A DNA stretch of 61,986 bases, filler included. It is 7 parts of 7 records of this genome, joined end to end, with 100 filler letters (N's around TTAATTAATTAA, not from the genome) between each part and the next. Parts side by side here need not be neighbours in the genome. Positions count along the whole stretch, not along the records: positions 16,035 to 28,090 come from SRR22947725_3503; positions 28,191 to 38,833 come from SRR22947725_3504; 5 more parts are not named here. One strand, 5' to 3'. This document shows, in pieces, positions 19,326 to 29,785 of the stretch (position 1 is the first letter of the stretch; each line of letters begins with the position of its first letter). The notes under the pieces are model-generated. The model saw only the letters and a list, made by a program, of their open reading frames with translations, searched no databases and was not told the DNA's origin. The translations under genes were made by a program, and so were the position numbers.

Positions 19326-20680
19326 TGTCCAATAAAAAAATCATTTTTATATTAATTGGGATTTATTTTTCAGTTACTTCCGTTTTTGCTGATGAGCAAA
19401 TAAATGATGAAATTTCGTACGTTACAGAATTTGCAAGTTTAAATAATAATATTGCAGCCGCTTCTTTAGTTTGGACATTAAATACTCAAACAAAAGAACA
19501 AAGTAGAAAACTACAAGCGTTTCTGGCTGCAAAAATTAGTGGTCCAATTGGCAATAAATCAGTTCGTGAAATAATAGATTTTAGAATAATAAATGATATA
19601 AATTTCTCTATTGAAGCTACACCAAAACATCTAATTTTAACTGTACAGTCTCCAAAAGAAAATTTTAAGATTGCAGCACAGCATGCCAATGAAATTCTTC
19701 AAAATAATGTAATTAATAATATTTGGCTTAAAAGAAAAAATCATTCCTATAGAAATATCTCCTCAACTCAACTTCGCACTCCCGAGCTTGTTGAAAGTGA
19801 GTTGATTAATTATGTCTTATATACTGGTACAGTTAAAGCCTTAGAAAAAGATATGATCAATTTAGAAATTTCACGCAGACCAAATCAAATAATTTTAAAT
19901 GCTAAAGATTTTGATTTTGAAGAAGTTCCAAATATTTTACTTAAAGGTTTAACGAATTATGATGCAATCCTAAATAACGAGCCTGTAAAACCTTTTTTTG
20001 ATCTCCCAAATGGTATAATTCATTTAGCTGATGAAAAGTCTAGTGAAACACTAATTTTTGCTGGGACTGTACAAAAATTTAAAACGTTATCCCATCAAGC
20101 TGAGGCAAACACATTATTTAAATACATGGGCTATGGCGCAGGTTCAGAAATGTTCAGAATTATACGTCAAGAAAAACGCGCATCTTATGATCCCAGGTCA
20201 CATTTTACCCAAATTAGTGATCAACTTGCATTAACAGGTTTATCAGCAACAGTAGCTTCCGAAAAATGGAGTGAGATTTATGATCTCATTTTTGATATTT
20301 ATAATAACACACGATTAGGTTTGAATACTGAGAAGGGAATGAAAAATTCATACAACACAATGATAAACGAGTTAATCTCAAATCTACGTCAAAAACCTAA
20401 CTGGCTAGTTAAACGATATTTAGAATTACATCCAAATAAACCTCCTGACACATTTATAAATCTCAAATTAATAGACGCTAGTTTTGAATTATCTTTGCCA
20501 GAAATAAACATCATGGCAAAAGAAATACTACCTGAACCATCGAAATTAATTTCGATAATTATTGGTGGAAAAATTAACTCTAAAATTAAAGATAATAATA
20601 AATTTTATTGCCAGCTTCCTAAGAACCAGCCCATAGAATTTTGCTTAAAAAAACTTTCAGTTGCTCAGGATTTATTCTGA
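19322..20680 (+). CDS. Secreted M16 peptidase-like non-catalytic partner subunit
   Basis: Signal peptide, no HxxEH, C-terminal GSEMFRIIRQEKRASY (R/Y motif); start overlaps the upstream stop. Confidence 0.7.
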   Translation: MMSNKKIIFILIGIYFSVTSVFADEQINDEISYVTEFASLNNNIAAASLVWTLNTQTKEQSRKLQAFLAAKISGPIGNKSVREIIDFRIINDINFSIEATPKHLILTVQSPKENFKIAAQHANEILQNNVINNIWLKRKNHSYRNISSTQLRTPELVESELINYVLYTGTVKALEKDMINLEISRRPNQIILNAKDFDFEEVPNILLKGLTNYDAILNNEPVKPFFDLPNGIIHLADEKSSETLIFAGTVQKFKTLSHQAEANTLFKYMGYGAGSEMFRIIRQEKRASYDPRSHFTQISDQLALTGLSATVASEKWSEIYDLIFDIYNNTRLGLNTEKGMKNSYNTMINELISNLRQKPNWLVKRYLELHPNKPPDTFINLKLIDASFELSLPEINIMAKEILPEPSKLISIIIGGKINSKIKDNNKFYCQLPKNQPIEFCLKKLSVAQDLF

Positions 20681-21441
20681 GGCCTATAGCCTTTAATAGG
20701 TTTACCAGCTGGAGTTTTTATTCCACGCAACACGCCACCTAAAGGATTCTTTACAGTTGCACCAAGCCCAGTTTTAGGGCGAGCATATATTTGTTTCGAA
20801 GCCTCAACAATGACCACTCCAGAAGCCAAAGGTATAACACCTTTGAGGCCAACACCTTCTAAATATTTTGATACTCGCAACCAAAACGGTTTGTGACTTG
20901 GTGGAAAAAACATTGCTGACATATGCCTTTCAACAGAAAACTTATGAATCCTAAGTTGAGTTTCTAATTGGCTTATACTATATGGCTGTCCATATCCAAA
21001 TGGCGTTTTTTCACTACGAGCCCATAGGCCAGATCTATTTGGAACTATAATTAACACACGTCCACCTGGTCCTAAAACACGCCAAATTTCTTCTAATAAT
21101 CCATTTTGGTTATTACTCGTTTCAAGGCCATGTAATATTACCATTTTATCAACTATACCATTTGCTAGTGGCCAGCTTATCTCTGGAGTTAATACGGAAC
21201 GGTTTAATTGCCCTTCAGGCCATGGCATCACTCCTTGTTGACCTGGCATTAAACAAATAACGCGTCTTGATGATTTTAAAAATGGCCGCAACATTGGTGC
21301 TGCAAAACCATAGCCAACAACTGTTTGTCCTTTTGTATCACCGAATAAGCGTTCAACATTATCTCGCAAGGCACGTTGAACTATTCGACCTAGTTTAGTT
21401 CGATAATAAAACTTACGAAGATCAATCACATCTAAATGCAT
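20665..21441 (-). CDS. SAM-dependent methyltransferase type 11-like
   Basis: MHLDVIDLRKFY, GYGFAAP, WRVLGPGGR; typical alphaproteobacterial gene divergent from gloB. Confidence 0.85.
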   Translation of the reverse strand: MHLDVIDLRKFYYRTKLGRIVQRALRDNVERLFGDTKGQTVVGYGFAAPMLRPFLKSSRRVICLMPGQQGVMPWPEGQLNRSVLTPEISWPLANGIVDKMVILHGLETSNNQNGLLEEIWRVLGPGGRVLIIVPNRSGLWARSEKTPFGYGQPYSISQLETQLRIHKFSVERHMSAMFFPPSHKPFWLRVSKYLEGVGLKGVIPLASGVVIVEASKQIYARPKTGLGATVKNPLGGVLRGIKTPAGKPIKGYRPQNKS

Positions 21442-21530
21442 TTTTACCTTATATTTAAATTCTTTACTTCAAGTTAACTTAAATTTCTGCAATTATTAAA
21501 CATATTAAACAAATTTATGGAAACATTACT

Positions 21531-22298
21531 ATGCCTCTTTCTGTTATAATTGTACCCTGCCTTAGAGATAATTATGCATACCTGATTAAATGTTCTCAAA
21601 CTGGCCATACAGCAGTTGTTGACGTACCTGAAGCAGACCCAGTTTTTAACGCCTTGAAAGAGTTAAATTGGGACTTAGACTCAATATTGATTACTCATCA
21701 CCATTCAGATCATATAGATGGTGTAGATCGTTTGAGAAGTTTAACTGGTGCAAAAGTGACAGGAGCGAAATCAGATGCTCATCGTCTTCCAAAGCTTGAT
21801 TTCTCAGTTGCTGAAGAAGATATAATTTCAGTAGGAAATGAAAAGGCACAAATCTTAGATACACCTGGCCACACTATCGGCCATATTTCTTATTACTTTA
21901 GAAATGATAATAAAATTTTTACAGGTGATAGCTTAATGTCATTGGGCTGTGGGCGATTATTTGAAGGTTCACACAAAATAATGTGGAAAACATTGAAAAT
22001 GTTTTTACAATTACCTCCAGAAACAATGATTTTTTCTGGTCATGAATATTCTATATCAAATGCTAAGTTTGCTTTAAGTGTTGATCCTAAAAATGAACGT
22101 TTAATACTTCGCGAGAAGGAAATTCAAACTTTATTAAAAAATGAACTTTTTACAGTGCCAACATCTCTTGAGCTAGAGCTGGAAACAAATCCATTTCTTC
22201 GTGCATCACTTCCAGAATTCAAAGCCAATTTAAATATGAAAAATAATACAGATGAGGAAGTTTTCCGTGAACTGCGCATTCAAAAAGACAACTTTTAA
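21531..22298 (+). CDS. gloB: Hydroxyacylglutathione hydrolase (glyoxalase II)
   Basis: THHHSDH, TPGHT, GCGRLFEG, GHEY, TNPFLR. Confidence 0.95.
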   Translation: MPLSVIIVPCLRDNYAYLIKCSQTGHTAVVDVPEADPVFNALKELNWDLDSILITHHHSDHIDGVDRLRSLTGAKVTGAKSDAHRLPKLDFSVAEEDIISVGNEKAQILDTPGHTIGHISYYFRNDNKIFTGDSLMSLGCGRLFEGSHKIMWKTLKMFLQLPPETMIFSGHEYSISNAKFALSVDPKNERLILREKEIQTLLKNELFTVPTSLELELETNPFLRASLPEFKANLNMKNNTDEEVFRELRIQKDNF

Positions 22299-22368
22299 AG
22301 TCAAAGAGGCAAATATGCTATAATTTCATATTTATTAAGCATTAATTTAAAAAAAATATCACTTTTGG

Positions 22369-22398
22369 CTTGAAGATTCTAAAAATAGAGCGAAATCT
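22369..22398 (+). promoter_or_regulatory. Possible RpoH (sigma32) promoter of clpA
   Basis: CTTGAA-N16-CGAAATCT resembles the alphaproteobacterial RpoH consensus; the -10 match is imperfect. Confidence 0.35.
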
Positions 22399-22457
22399 AT
22401 AATTAATGCACTACATAATATAAAATAAAACAATGTACGCCTGAAAGGTAATTATCA

Positions 22458-24773
22458 ATGCCAACATTCTCAAGCAGCCTAGAAAACGCTATTCATGCAT
22501 CTTTAGCATATGCAACTCAACGGAATCACGAACTGGCTACTCTTGAACATTTACTTTTAGCATTAATTGACGAACCAAATGCAAGTCGTGTAATGCGGGC
22601 ATGTGAAGTGTCGCTTGATGAACTTCGTGCAAAACTTACTCATTTTTTAGAAAACGAACTGGACAGTTTAGTTACAAATCTAGAAGGCGTTGACGCAACT
22701 CCAACAACTGCTTTTCAACGCGTAATTCAAAGATCAGTTATACATGTTCAAAGCTCAAGCAAACAAGAAGTTACAGGCGCAAATGTATTAGTAGCTATTT
22801 TTGCTGAGAGAGAAAGTCACGCTGCTTATTTCTTGCAAGAGCAAGAAATGACGCGATATGACGCTGTTAATTTTATCGCACATGGTGTTGCAAAAGATCC
22901 TTCAATGAACGAACCAAGAGAAGTAACTGGTTCTGAAGAGTTTAATGATAGTGAAGAAGAAACAGCCGAAGCTGAAGAAACGGCACTTTCAAAATACTGT
23001 ATTGATTTAAATATGCAAGCTGCTGAAGGAAATATTGATCCATTAATTGGCCGTAGTCATGAGGTGGAGAGGTGCATACAAATATTATGCCGTAGGCGTA
23101 AAAATAATCCAATTTTAGTCGGTGATCCTGGAGTTGGCAAAACAGCAATTGCTGAGGGATTAGCTGTTAAAATTATTTCAGGAGAGACTCCTGAAATATT
23201 ATCTGAAACAACAATTTACTCGTTAGACATGGGATCATTATTAGCTGGTACTAAGTATCGTGGTGATTTTGAAGAGCGCTTAAAAGCAGTAATGACAGAA
23301 CTAGAAGATCATCCAGATGCAGTATTATTTATTGACGAAATACACACCATTATTGGTGCTGGCGCCACATCTGGAGGTGCTATGGATGCTTCAAATTTAT
23401 TAAAACCCGCACTTCAAGGTGGGAAGCTGCGTTGTATGGGGTCAACTACTTATAAAGAATATCGACAACATTTTGAAAAAGATCGAGCCCTAGCGCGAAG
23501 GTTTCAGAAGGTTGATGTAATTGAGCCAAATATTGAAGATACAATTAATATCCTAAAAGGTTTGAAATCACGTTTTGAAGAACACCACGATGTGAAATAT
23601 TCTTTAGATGCTATTAAAACTGCTGTTGAACTATCAGCAAGGTATATACATGACCGGAAATTACCAGATAAAGCAATTGATGTAATTGACGAGGCAGGCG
23701 CATCACAACGTTTAGTTGTTGCATCAAAACGGAGAAAATCTCTAGGCGTTAAAGAAATAGAAGATGTTATAGCAAAACTAGCAAGAATTCCTGCAAAGAA
23801 CATATCTCGAGATGATGCTGAATTACTTCGTGAGCTAGATGCATCTTTAAAACGTGTAGTATTTGGACAAGACCCAGCGATTGATGCACTAGCATCTGCA
23901 ATAAAGCTCGCACGTGCAGGGCTTCGTGAGCCAGAAAAACCTATAGGAAATTATTTATTTGCTGGCCCAACTGGTGTGGGTAAAACTGAAGTAGCGAAAC
24001 AGCTTGCAGATACTTTAGGTGTAGAACTTATTAGGTTTGATATGTCTGAATACATGGAAAAGCATGCAATAAGTAGGTTAATAGGAGCTCCTCCAGGCTA
24101 TGTAGGTTTTGACCAAGGCGGATTATTAACTGATGGTGTAGATCAAAATCCACACTGCGTATTACTTTTAGATGAAATTGAAAAAGCTCATCCAGATGTA
24201 TTTAATATCTTACTTCAAGTTATGGATCACGGGAAGTTAACCGATCACAATGGCCGTGCGACTGATTTCAGAAATGTAATACTTATAATGACATCAAATG
24301 CTGGAGCAACCGAACAATCTAAAGAAGCCATTGGCTTTGGTCGTGACAGAAGAGAAGGCGAAGATACAGCAGCAATTGAGCGCACATTTTCTCCAGAATT
24401 TCGAAATAGGCTAGATGCAACAATAAGTTTTGCGCCCCTCTCAAAAGATGTCATAGTTAAAGTTGTTGATAAATTTGTTCTACAATTAGAAGCCCAGTTA
24501 ATGGATAGAAATGTAACGTTTGAACTATCATCAGATGCGGCAGATTGGTTGGCAGATAAAGGATATGATGATAAAATGGGGGCAAGACCGTTAGCAAGAG
24601 TGATTCAAGAACATTTAAAAAAACCACTAGCAGAAGAACTTTTATTTGGAAAACTGTCTAAGGGTGGATTAGTAAAAGTACATTTAAAAAATGATAAATT
24701 GGATCTTGAATTAATATCTCCAGAAGCTCCGCAAATAACTAAAAGAAAACCCCCTCTCCTAACGGCTAAATAA
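22458..24773 (+). CDS. clpA: ATP-dependent Clp protease ATP-binding subunit ClpA
   Basis: Two AAA+ modules ([16 protein letters not shown]), [12 protein letters not shown] loop, no ClpB middle domain. Confidence 0.96.
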   Translation: MPTFSSSLENAIHASLAYATQRNHELATLEHLLLALIDEPNASRVMRACEVSLDELRAKLTHFLENELDSLVTNLEGVDATPTTAFQRVIQRSVIHVQSSSKQEVTGANVLVAIFAERESHAAYFLQEQEMTRYDAVNFIAHGVAKDPSMNEPREVTGSEEFNDSEEETAEAEETALSKYCIDLNMQAAEGNIDPLIGRSHEVERCIQILCRRRKNNPILVGDPGVGKTAIAEGLAVKIISGETPEILSETTIYSLDMGSLLAGTKYRGDFEERLKAVMTELEDHPDAVLFIDEIHTIIGAGATSGGAMDASNLLKPALQGGKLRCMGSTTYKEYRQHFEKDRALARRFQKVDVIEPNIEDTINILKGLKSRFEEHHDVKYSLDAIKTAVELSARYIHDRKLPDKAIDVIDEAGASQRLVVASKRRKSLGVKEIEDVIAKLARIPAKNISRDDAELLRELDASLKRVVFGQDPAIDALASAIKLARAGLREPEKPIGNYLFAGPTGVGKTEVAKQLADTLGVELIRFDMSEYMEKHAISRLIGAPPGYVGFDQGGLLTDGVDQNPHCVLLLDEIEKAHPDVFNILLQVMDHGKLTDHNGRATDFRNVILIMTSNAGATEQSKEAIGFGRDRREGEDTAAIERTFSPEFRNRLDATISFAPLSKDVIVKVVDKFVLQLEAQLMDRNVTFELSSDAADWLADKGYDDKMGARPLARVIQEHLKKPLAEELLFGKLSKGGLVKVHLKNDKLDLELISPEAPQITKRKPPLLTAK

Positions 24774-24815
24774 TTAGCAAAATCAGTTTAAATTGGGCTG
24801 AAATAAATAAATTAT

Positions 24816-27026
24816 TTATTTTTCTGTAAACTTCAGCTCAATTCTTCTATTGGTTTTATAAGCTTCAGGTGTGTCCCTGTCATCAATTGGTTGAAATTCA
24901 CCAAATCCGTTTGCAGCTAAACGATTTGCAGGAATTTTTAAATCATCCATCAAATAGCGAACAACTGATAAAGCGCGAGCTTGGCTAAGTTCCCAATTAT
25001 CTTTGTAGTCTTTTCCAAAGCCACTGAATGGAATTCGGTCAGTATGACCATCGACGCGTAAAATCCAATCTATACCATCAGGAATTTCACCTGCAATTTG
25101 ATTAATAATCTTTGCAACTTTATTTATTTCAGTTTTACCTAAAGATCCAAGGTTAGCTGACCCTACAGAGAACAAAACCTCAGATGAAAATACAAATCGA
25201 TCGCCTACTATTCGAACTCCTTCTTGGCCTTCCATTACTTTTCGCAATTCACCAAAAAATTGAGACCTAAATTTTCTTAAATCTTTTGCTTCTTCGGCAA
25301 ATCTTAGCTTTTCTTTAGCTTCCAATTCAGCAATTTTCTTTTGCTCTGCCGCAACTTTTCTTTGCTCAGCAGCAACACGAGCTAGAGCCAAATTCAAATC
25401 TGTACCCAATGACTTTAGTTGTATCTGAGCTTTTGAATCTGCTTCTTTGGACTCATCTAGCAAACCTTGTAATTCATTTAGTTGATTTCGAAGTTGAGAA
25501 GTTTGTGTGTTTAATAATGCAAGCTTTCTTTGCGCCGTAATTGATATGTCCTTTTCTTTTTCAAGGAGTGAATTAGCTTCAGCAATTAAAGCAGCTTGAC
25601 GCTCTACCTCAGTAAAGCTCTTACTTAAATCAATTTTAAGAGATTTTTCTAGCGCATTGGCCGCAGCAATTTTTGTTAAAGTAATTTCAGCTTCTTTACG
25701 TTCAGCCTCAAGAGCAAGTGACATGGCAGTTAACTCAGTATTAGCATTTTTTAATTTTTCCCTTAAAAGCTCTGCAGCGGCAGCCTCAGCTAAGCGTCTT
25801 TTTTCTGTTTCAGTTAAAGTTTCAGATATTGAAGATTCTTCTGCTAATTGTAGCTTGCTTTCATTTTGAAGTTTTACAATCAACAATTCTAGTGCTTCAC
25901 GTTTAGCTGCTGCCAATCTTGCACTTTCTACTTGTTGGTTTATTTCATTTCGAGCACTTGCCAATGCCAACTCAATAACATTTTTTTCATTTAAGGTATT
26001 ATTATTTTCAGCTACTAATTTTGAATTGGCAAATAATAAAGACGTTAATTCATCACTTGTTGATTTTAATTTTTGTTTTAAATTTTCTGCAGCAGCTTGT
26101 TGAACAAGGCGTGTTTTTTCAGTCTCAGACAATACTTTTCTAATTGATGTTATTTCTTCAGCCCGCAATTCTCCTTCATTCTGGAGCTTTACAATTAACA
26201 ATTCTAATGCTTCACGTTTAGCTGCCGCCAATCTTGCAACTTCTTCTCGTTCATTTATTTCATTTCGAGCACGTACTAGCGCCAACTCAATTGCTTTTTT
26301 CTTATTTATTGTATCAATATTTTTAGCTTCTAATTTTGACTTTGCTAATAATAAAGCAGCAATTTGCAATTCAAGCGCAGATTTATTAATGGCTAAATCT
26401 TGATTGAAATTTTCAAGCTGGAGCTTATCTGATAATAAACTATCAATCTGAAGTTTATAACCATCAATCTTTTCTATTTGTATGCTAGATTTTTTTGTTA
26501 AATTTGAAATTGTTGCAAGATGTAATGAAATTTGATCCTCAGCTTCATTAAGTATATCTTTGGTTTTTCCAAGATCTTCTTCAATGCCATTTGCACGCAA
26601 TCTTTCTAGTCCTAGTGCACTTGCAAGATCACTTAATTGTAATGATAGATCATCCAATTCTAAATCTTGTTCTGTTACTATAGATGAAAGACTATTAAGC
26701 TTTAAATCTTTTTCAGAAATTTCTGAAGTTAGATTATCTAATCTTTTTTCTTTTGATAAAATCTCAGTAGATAATTTTTTCAATTCATCTTCCTTATTTC
26801 CTATCAAAGTAGATAAATCGTTTAGCTCTAAATCTTGTTGTTCAATCTGAGAAGATAAATCATCAAGTTCTAGATCTTGATCTGTAATTGTTTCACGCAA
26901 GGTAAATTGAACAATCATAAAGATCGAAATAACAAAAAATAATATTAACAACAATGCAGTCATAGCATCGACAAAACCAGGCCATATACTAGCTTCAAAT
27001 CTTGATCCTGGTCGCTTTAATGCCAT
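24816..27026 (-). CDS. MotB/OmpA-family peptidoglycan-binding protein with very long coiled-coil stalk
   Basis: N-terminal IWPGFVDAM TM with stator-type Asp, about 540 aa of heptad-rich sequence, C-terminal OmpA-like domain (VDGHTD, NWELSQARA, NRRIE). Confidence 0.88.
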   Translation of the reverse strand: MALKRPGSRFEASIWPGFVDAMTALLLILFFVISIFMIVQFTLRETITDQDLELDDLSSQIEQQDLELNDLSTLIGNKEDELKKLSTEILSKEKRLDNLTSEISEKDLKLNSLSSIVTEQDLELDDLSLQLSDLASALGLERLRANGIEEDLGKTKDILNEAEDQISLHLATISNLTKKSSIQIEKIDGYKLQIDSLLSDKLQLENFNQDLAINKSALELQIAALLLAKSKLEAKNIDTINKKKAIELALVRARNEINEREEVARLAAAKREALELLIVKLQNEGELRAEEITSIRKVLSETEKTRLVQQAAAENLKQKLKSTSDELTSLLFANSKLVAENNNTLNEKNVIELALASARNEINQQVESARLAAAKREALELLIVKLQNESKLQLAEESSISETLTETEKRRLAEAAAAELLREKLKNANTELTAMSLALEAERKEAEITLTKIAAANALEKSLKIDLSKSFTEVERQAALIAEANSLLEKEKDISITAQRKLALLNTQTSQLRNQLNELQGLLDESKEADSKAQIQLKSLGTDLNLALARVAAEQRKVAAEQKKIAELEAKEKLRFAEEAKDLRKFRSQFFGELRKVMEGQEGVRIVGDRFVFSSEVLFSVGSANLGSLGKTEINKVAKIINQIAGEIPDGIDWILRVDGHTDRIPFSGFGKDYKDNWELSQARALSVVRYLMDDLKIPANRLAANGFGEFQPIDDRDTPEAYKTNRRIELKFTEK
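25734..26363 (-). repeat. Tandem 315-bp (105-aa) internal duplication in the MotB-like gene
   Basis: ARLAAAKREALELLIVKLQNE occurs twice; DNA from 25861 aligns with DNA from 26176 (offset 315). Confidence 0.9.
26634..26885 (-). repeat. Six degenerate 42-bp (14-aa) tandem repeats
   Basis: TDQDLELDDLSSQI / EQQDLELNDLSTLI / GNKEDELKKLSTEI / LSKEKRLDNLTSEI / SEKDLKLNSLSSIV / TEQDLELDDLSLQL. Confidence 0.85.
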
Positions 27027-27029
27027 TTA

Positions 27030-28090
27030 TTAACTCTTTGCCAAGTTATTTATAGCATCAGTTAGTGCATTTATATTTTGTCGCAATTCTTGATTAGTTT
27101 CTTGACGCCCAACAGTTGTTTCTTCCAAAATACGCAATAATTGAGTATCCATATTTCTCAAACGCATTCGTGTTTCAGCATCAAGAATTCCATCCCCTTC
27201 TTCTTGCATTTTCATAACTGCATCTACTAAATTTTGTTGGCCCTGAGCGATAGATTGAAATGCAAGATTATTTACATCATGAAGTGAAGCTGTATGTTGA
27301 ACCATATGTTCAATTGAAACAGCTAGTTGATCCATTCGGCCAGCTGTCTGTGCAAATAGACTGGTCATATTTTCCATATTAGAATTAGCATGTTGGAATA
27401 GCCCTGCACCAGCCAAATTGCCATCACCATCACCACCAATTGTGATTTTAGTTATTGATGATAACCATTCTTCTAGCTCACGATAAAAACGATTTTGGCC
27501 TCGCCCAGCAAATAAATCTAAAATACCAACCACTAGTGAACCAGCTAAACCAAGTAACGAAGATCCAAAAGCAGTCCCCATTCCACCCAATTGTGCTTCA
27601 AGACCTGTCATTAATTTTGCAAAAACATCTAGACCTGTTGAGCCTTCTTGTGGCGCTAAAGATCTAATTGTATCCACAACTGCGGGAACAGTTGTTGCAA
27701 GTCCATAAAATGTTCCTAACAATCCTAGAAATATTAGTAGATTAATAATATATCTAGTTATTTCCCTTCCTTCATCTAACCTCGTAGCGGAACTATCTAA
27801 TATAGATCTTGTTGAGGTCGATGTTAAAGCATGTCTAGCTCCAGAATCAGAAAGGAGGGCTGCTAGACTTGCCATCAAACCAGGAGGCTTTATCAAATCA
27901 TGGCCTACTCGATCGATTACAAAGCCTTCAATCCAACTGACAGATTTAACAAGAGATACTACCTGGCCGAAACAAGAAATTAATCCACCTAAAAATACAA
28001 TAAATATAAAGCTATTAAGGTATGGTGAGGCAACAAATATTGGAGATACAGCTGGGTAAAGAAAATAACCACCAACAAAAACGGCAATGA
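27030..28090 (-). CDS. MotA/TolQ/ExbB-like proton-channel protein (5' truncated)
   Basis: LGLLGTFYGL, GMGTAFGSSLLG; the frame stays open upstream of 27896 to the contig edge and encodes two more hydrophobic segments (IAVFVGGYFLYP...). Confidence 0.85.
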
Positions 28091-28190
28091 NNNNNNNNNN
28101 NNNNNNNNNNNNNNNNNNNNNNNNNNNNNNNNNNTTAATTAATTAANNNNNNNNNNNNNNNNNNNNNNNNNNNNNNNNNNNNNNNNNNNN
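28091..28190. other. Artificial contig spacer
   Basis: N44-TTAATTAATTAA-N44. Confidence 0.99.
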
Positions 28191-28830
28191 AATAGAATTC
28201 ACTATAAGCAATATCCCACAGCAAAAAATTGCTTAGCCTGATCTCGCCACTTGTTCGAATAAGAAGGTCAACTTTTGGATAGGAGGCTAGAGAGGTGTAT
28301 GATTGAAAGGTTGAGGAGTCAATATCTTCTGGATTAATGTTACCATTAGCGGATTCAAATGCAATTTTCTTTGCCGATTCTGCAATGTCCCATTGGCCTC
28401 CATAATTAGCTGCAATGACTAGATTTAATCCTGAATTATTGGAAAGTTGTTTTTCTGCTTCGCGAGCAAGTGATTGTATTTCAGGGGTGAATACGGAGAG
28501 ATCTCCAATAATTTTTAGTTTGATGTTGTTGTCTTTAAGTTTTTTTGTCTCAGTTTTCAAAACGGTTAAGAATAGCTTGAAAAGGAGGCCCACTTCATCA
28601 CTTGAGCGTTTCATATTTTCACTACTAAAAGCAAAAAGAGTAAGTGTATTGACGCCTAACTTTGCACAGTGCTTGACAATTTTTCTAACAGTTGTAACTC
28701 CCTTTTGATGGCCACTTGAGCGAGGCAGATGCTTTGCTTTAGCCCACCTTCCGTTGCCATCCATAATGATAGCTATATGCTTAGGAGGGTTTTGATTGTT
28801 GGTTTGCAAACCGGCATTTTCTGAGCTCAT
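28191..28830 (-). CDS. uppS: Undecaprenyl diphosphate synthase (3' truncated)
   Basis: HIAIIMDGNGRWA, FAFSSEN, DLLIRTSGEIRLSNFLLW; ATG 28830 preferred as start. Confidence 0.95.
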
Positions 28831-28952
28831 AGAGCGCAATTATACCCACTAGTCATTAAATTGCCCATTGCAAAGTATTTCAATTTGAACGATTAATTAA
28901 ATAGGGCTCTCGTCATACAGTAAATGAGGATTTATACGGTAAAATCCATACT

Positions 28953-29726
28953 ATGAGTTTAGCTAAGAGAATAATTCCCTGCTTAGATGTCCGTGATGGA
29001 AGGGTGGTCAAAGGCGTTAAGTTTGTTGATATCAAGGACGCTGGAGACCCTGTTGAGGTTGCAAAGCGCTATGACAGGGAGGGTGCAGATGAAATTACGT
29101 TTCTTGATATAACGGCTTCGCATGAAGGAAGAAATACGACAGTTGCCATGGTCGAAAAAATTGCTGAACAAGTTTTTATCCCGCTGACTGTTGGCGGGGG
29201 CATTCGAGAAGCTGACGATGTTAGAGCCATGCTTAAGGCTGGGGCAGACAAGGTTGCAGTTAATTCTGCAGCTATTTTTAACCCGAGCCTAATTAATGAG
29301 CTCTGTGCTATTTTTGGGTCACAGTGTATTGTGATTGCAATTGATGCTAAAAGAGTTTCGTCAAAGCCTTCTAAATGGGAAATCTATACTCATGGTGGCA
29401 GAAAAACAACAGGCATAGACGCTATAGAGTGGGCTATAAAGATGACCGAGGGAGAGAATGGTGCTGGTGAAATACTGCTTACCTCGATGGATAGAGACGG
29501 AACCAAAAACGGGTTTGATCTTGAGTTAACGCGAGCCGTGTCTGACGCTGTCAATGTTCCAGTGATTGCCTCTGGCGGGGTTGGCAATTTATTGCACTTG
29601 TCCGAGGGCGTGGTCGATGGCGGGGCCGATGCAGTTCTTGCTGCGAGTATTTTTCATTTTGCCGAGTTTACAGTTGATGAAGCTAAAAAATCGATGCAAC
29701 AAAAAGGCATCGAAGTAAGGCTATAG
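28953..29726 (+). CDS. hisF: Imidazole glycerol phosphate synthase cyclase subunit
   Basis: [36 protein letters not shown]. Confidence 0.97.
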   Translation: MSLAKRIIPCLDVRDGRVVKGVKFVDIKDAGDPVEVAKRYDREGADEITFLDITASHEGRNTTVAMVEKIAEQVFIPLTVGGGIREADDVRAMLKAGADKVAVNSAAIFNPSLINELCAIFGSQCIVIAIDAKRVSSKPSKWEIYTHGGRKTTGIDAIEWAIKMTEGENGAGEILLTSMDRDGTKNGFDLELTRAVSDAVNVPVIASGGVGNLLHLSEGVVDGGADAVLAASIFHFAEFTVDEAKKSMQQKGIEVRL

Positions 29727-29785
29727 CAAGTTGAGTTTTTGATTCCTTCAGCGTATCATTACGCAGTTTTGATTTCAGGAAAAAC

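Noticed and set aside
24784..24803. Bidirectional terminator between clpA and the MotB-like gene
   Set aside because: The stem needs three G-U pairs and works on one strand only; too weak to call
24816..28090. Calling the MotA/MotB-like pair a Zorya defence system
   Set aside because: No zorC/D/E genes; the downstream neighbour is housekeeping clpA and there is no island context. Only the architecture is similar.
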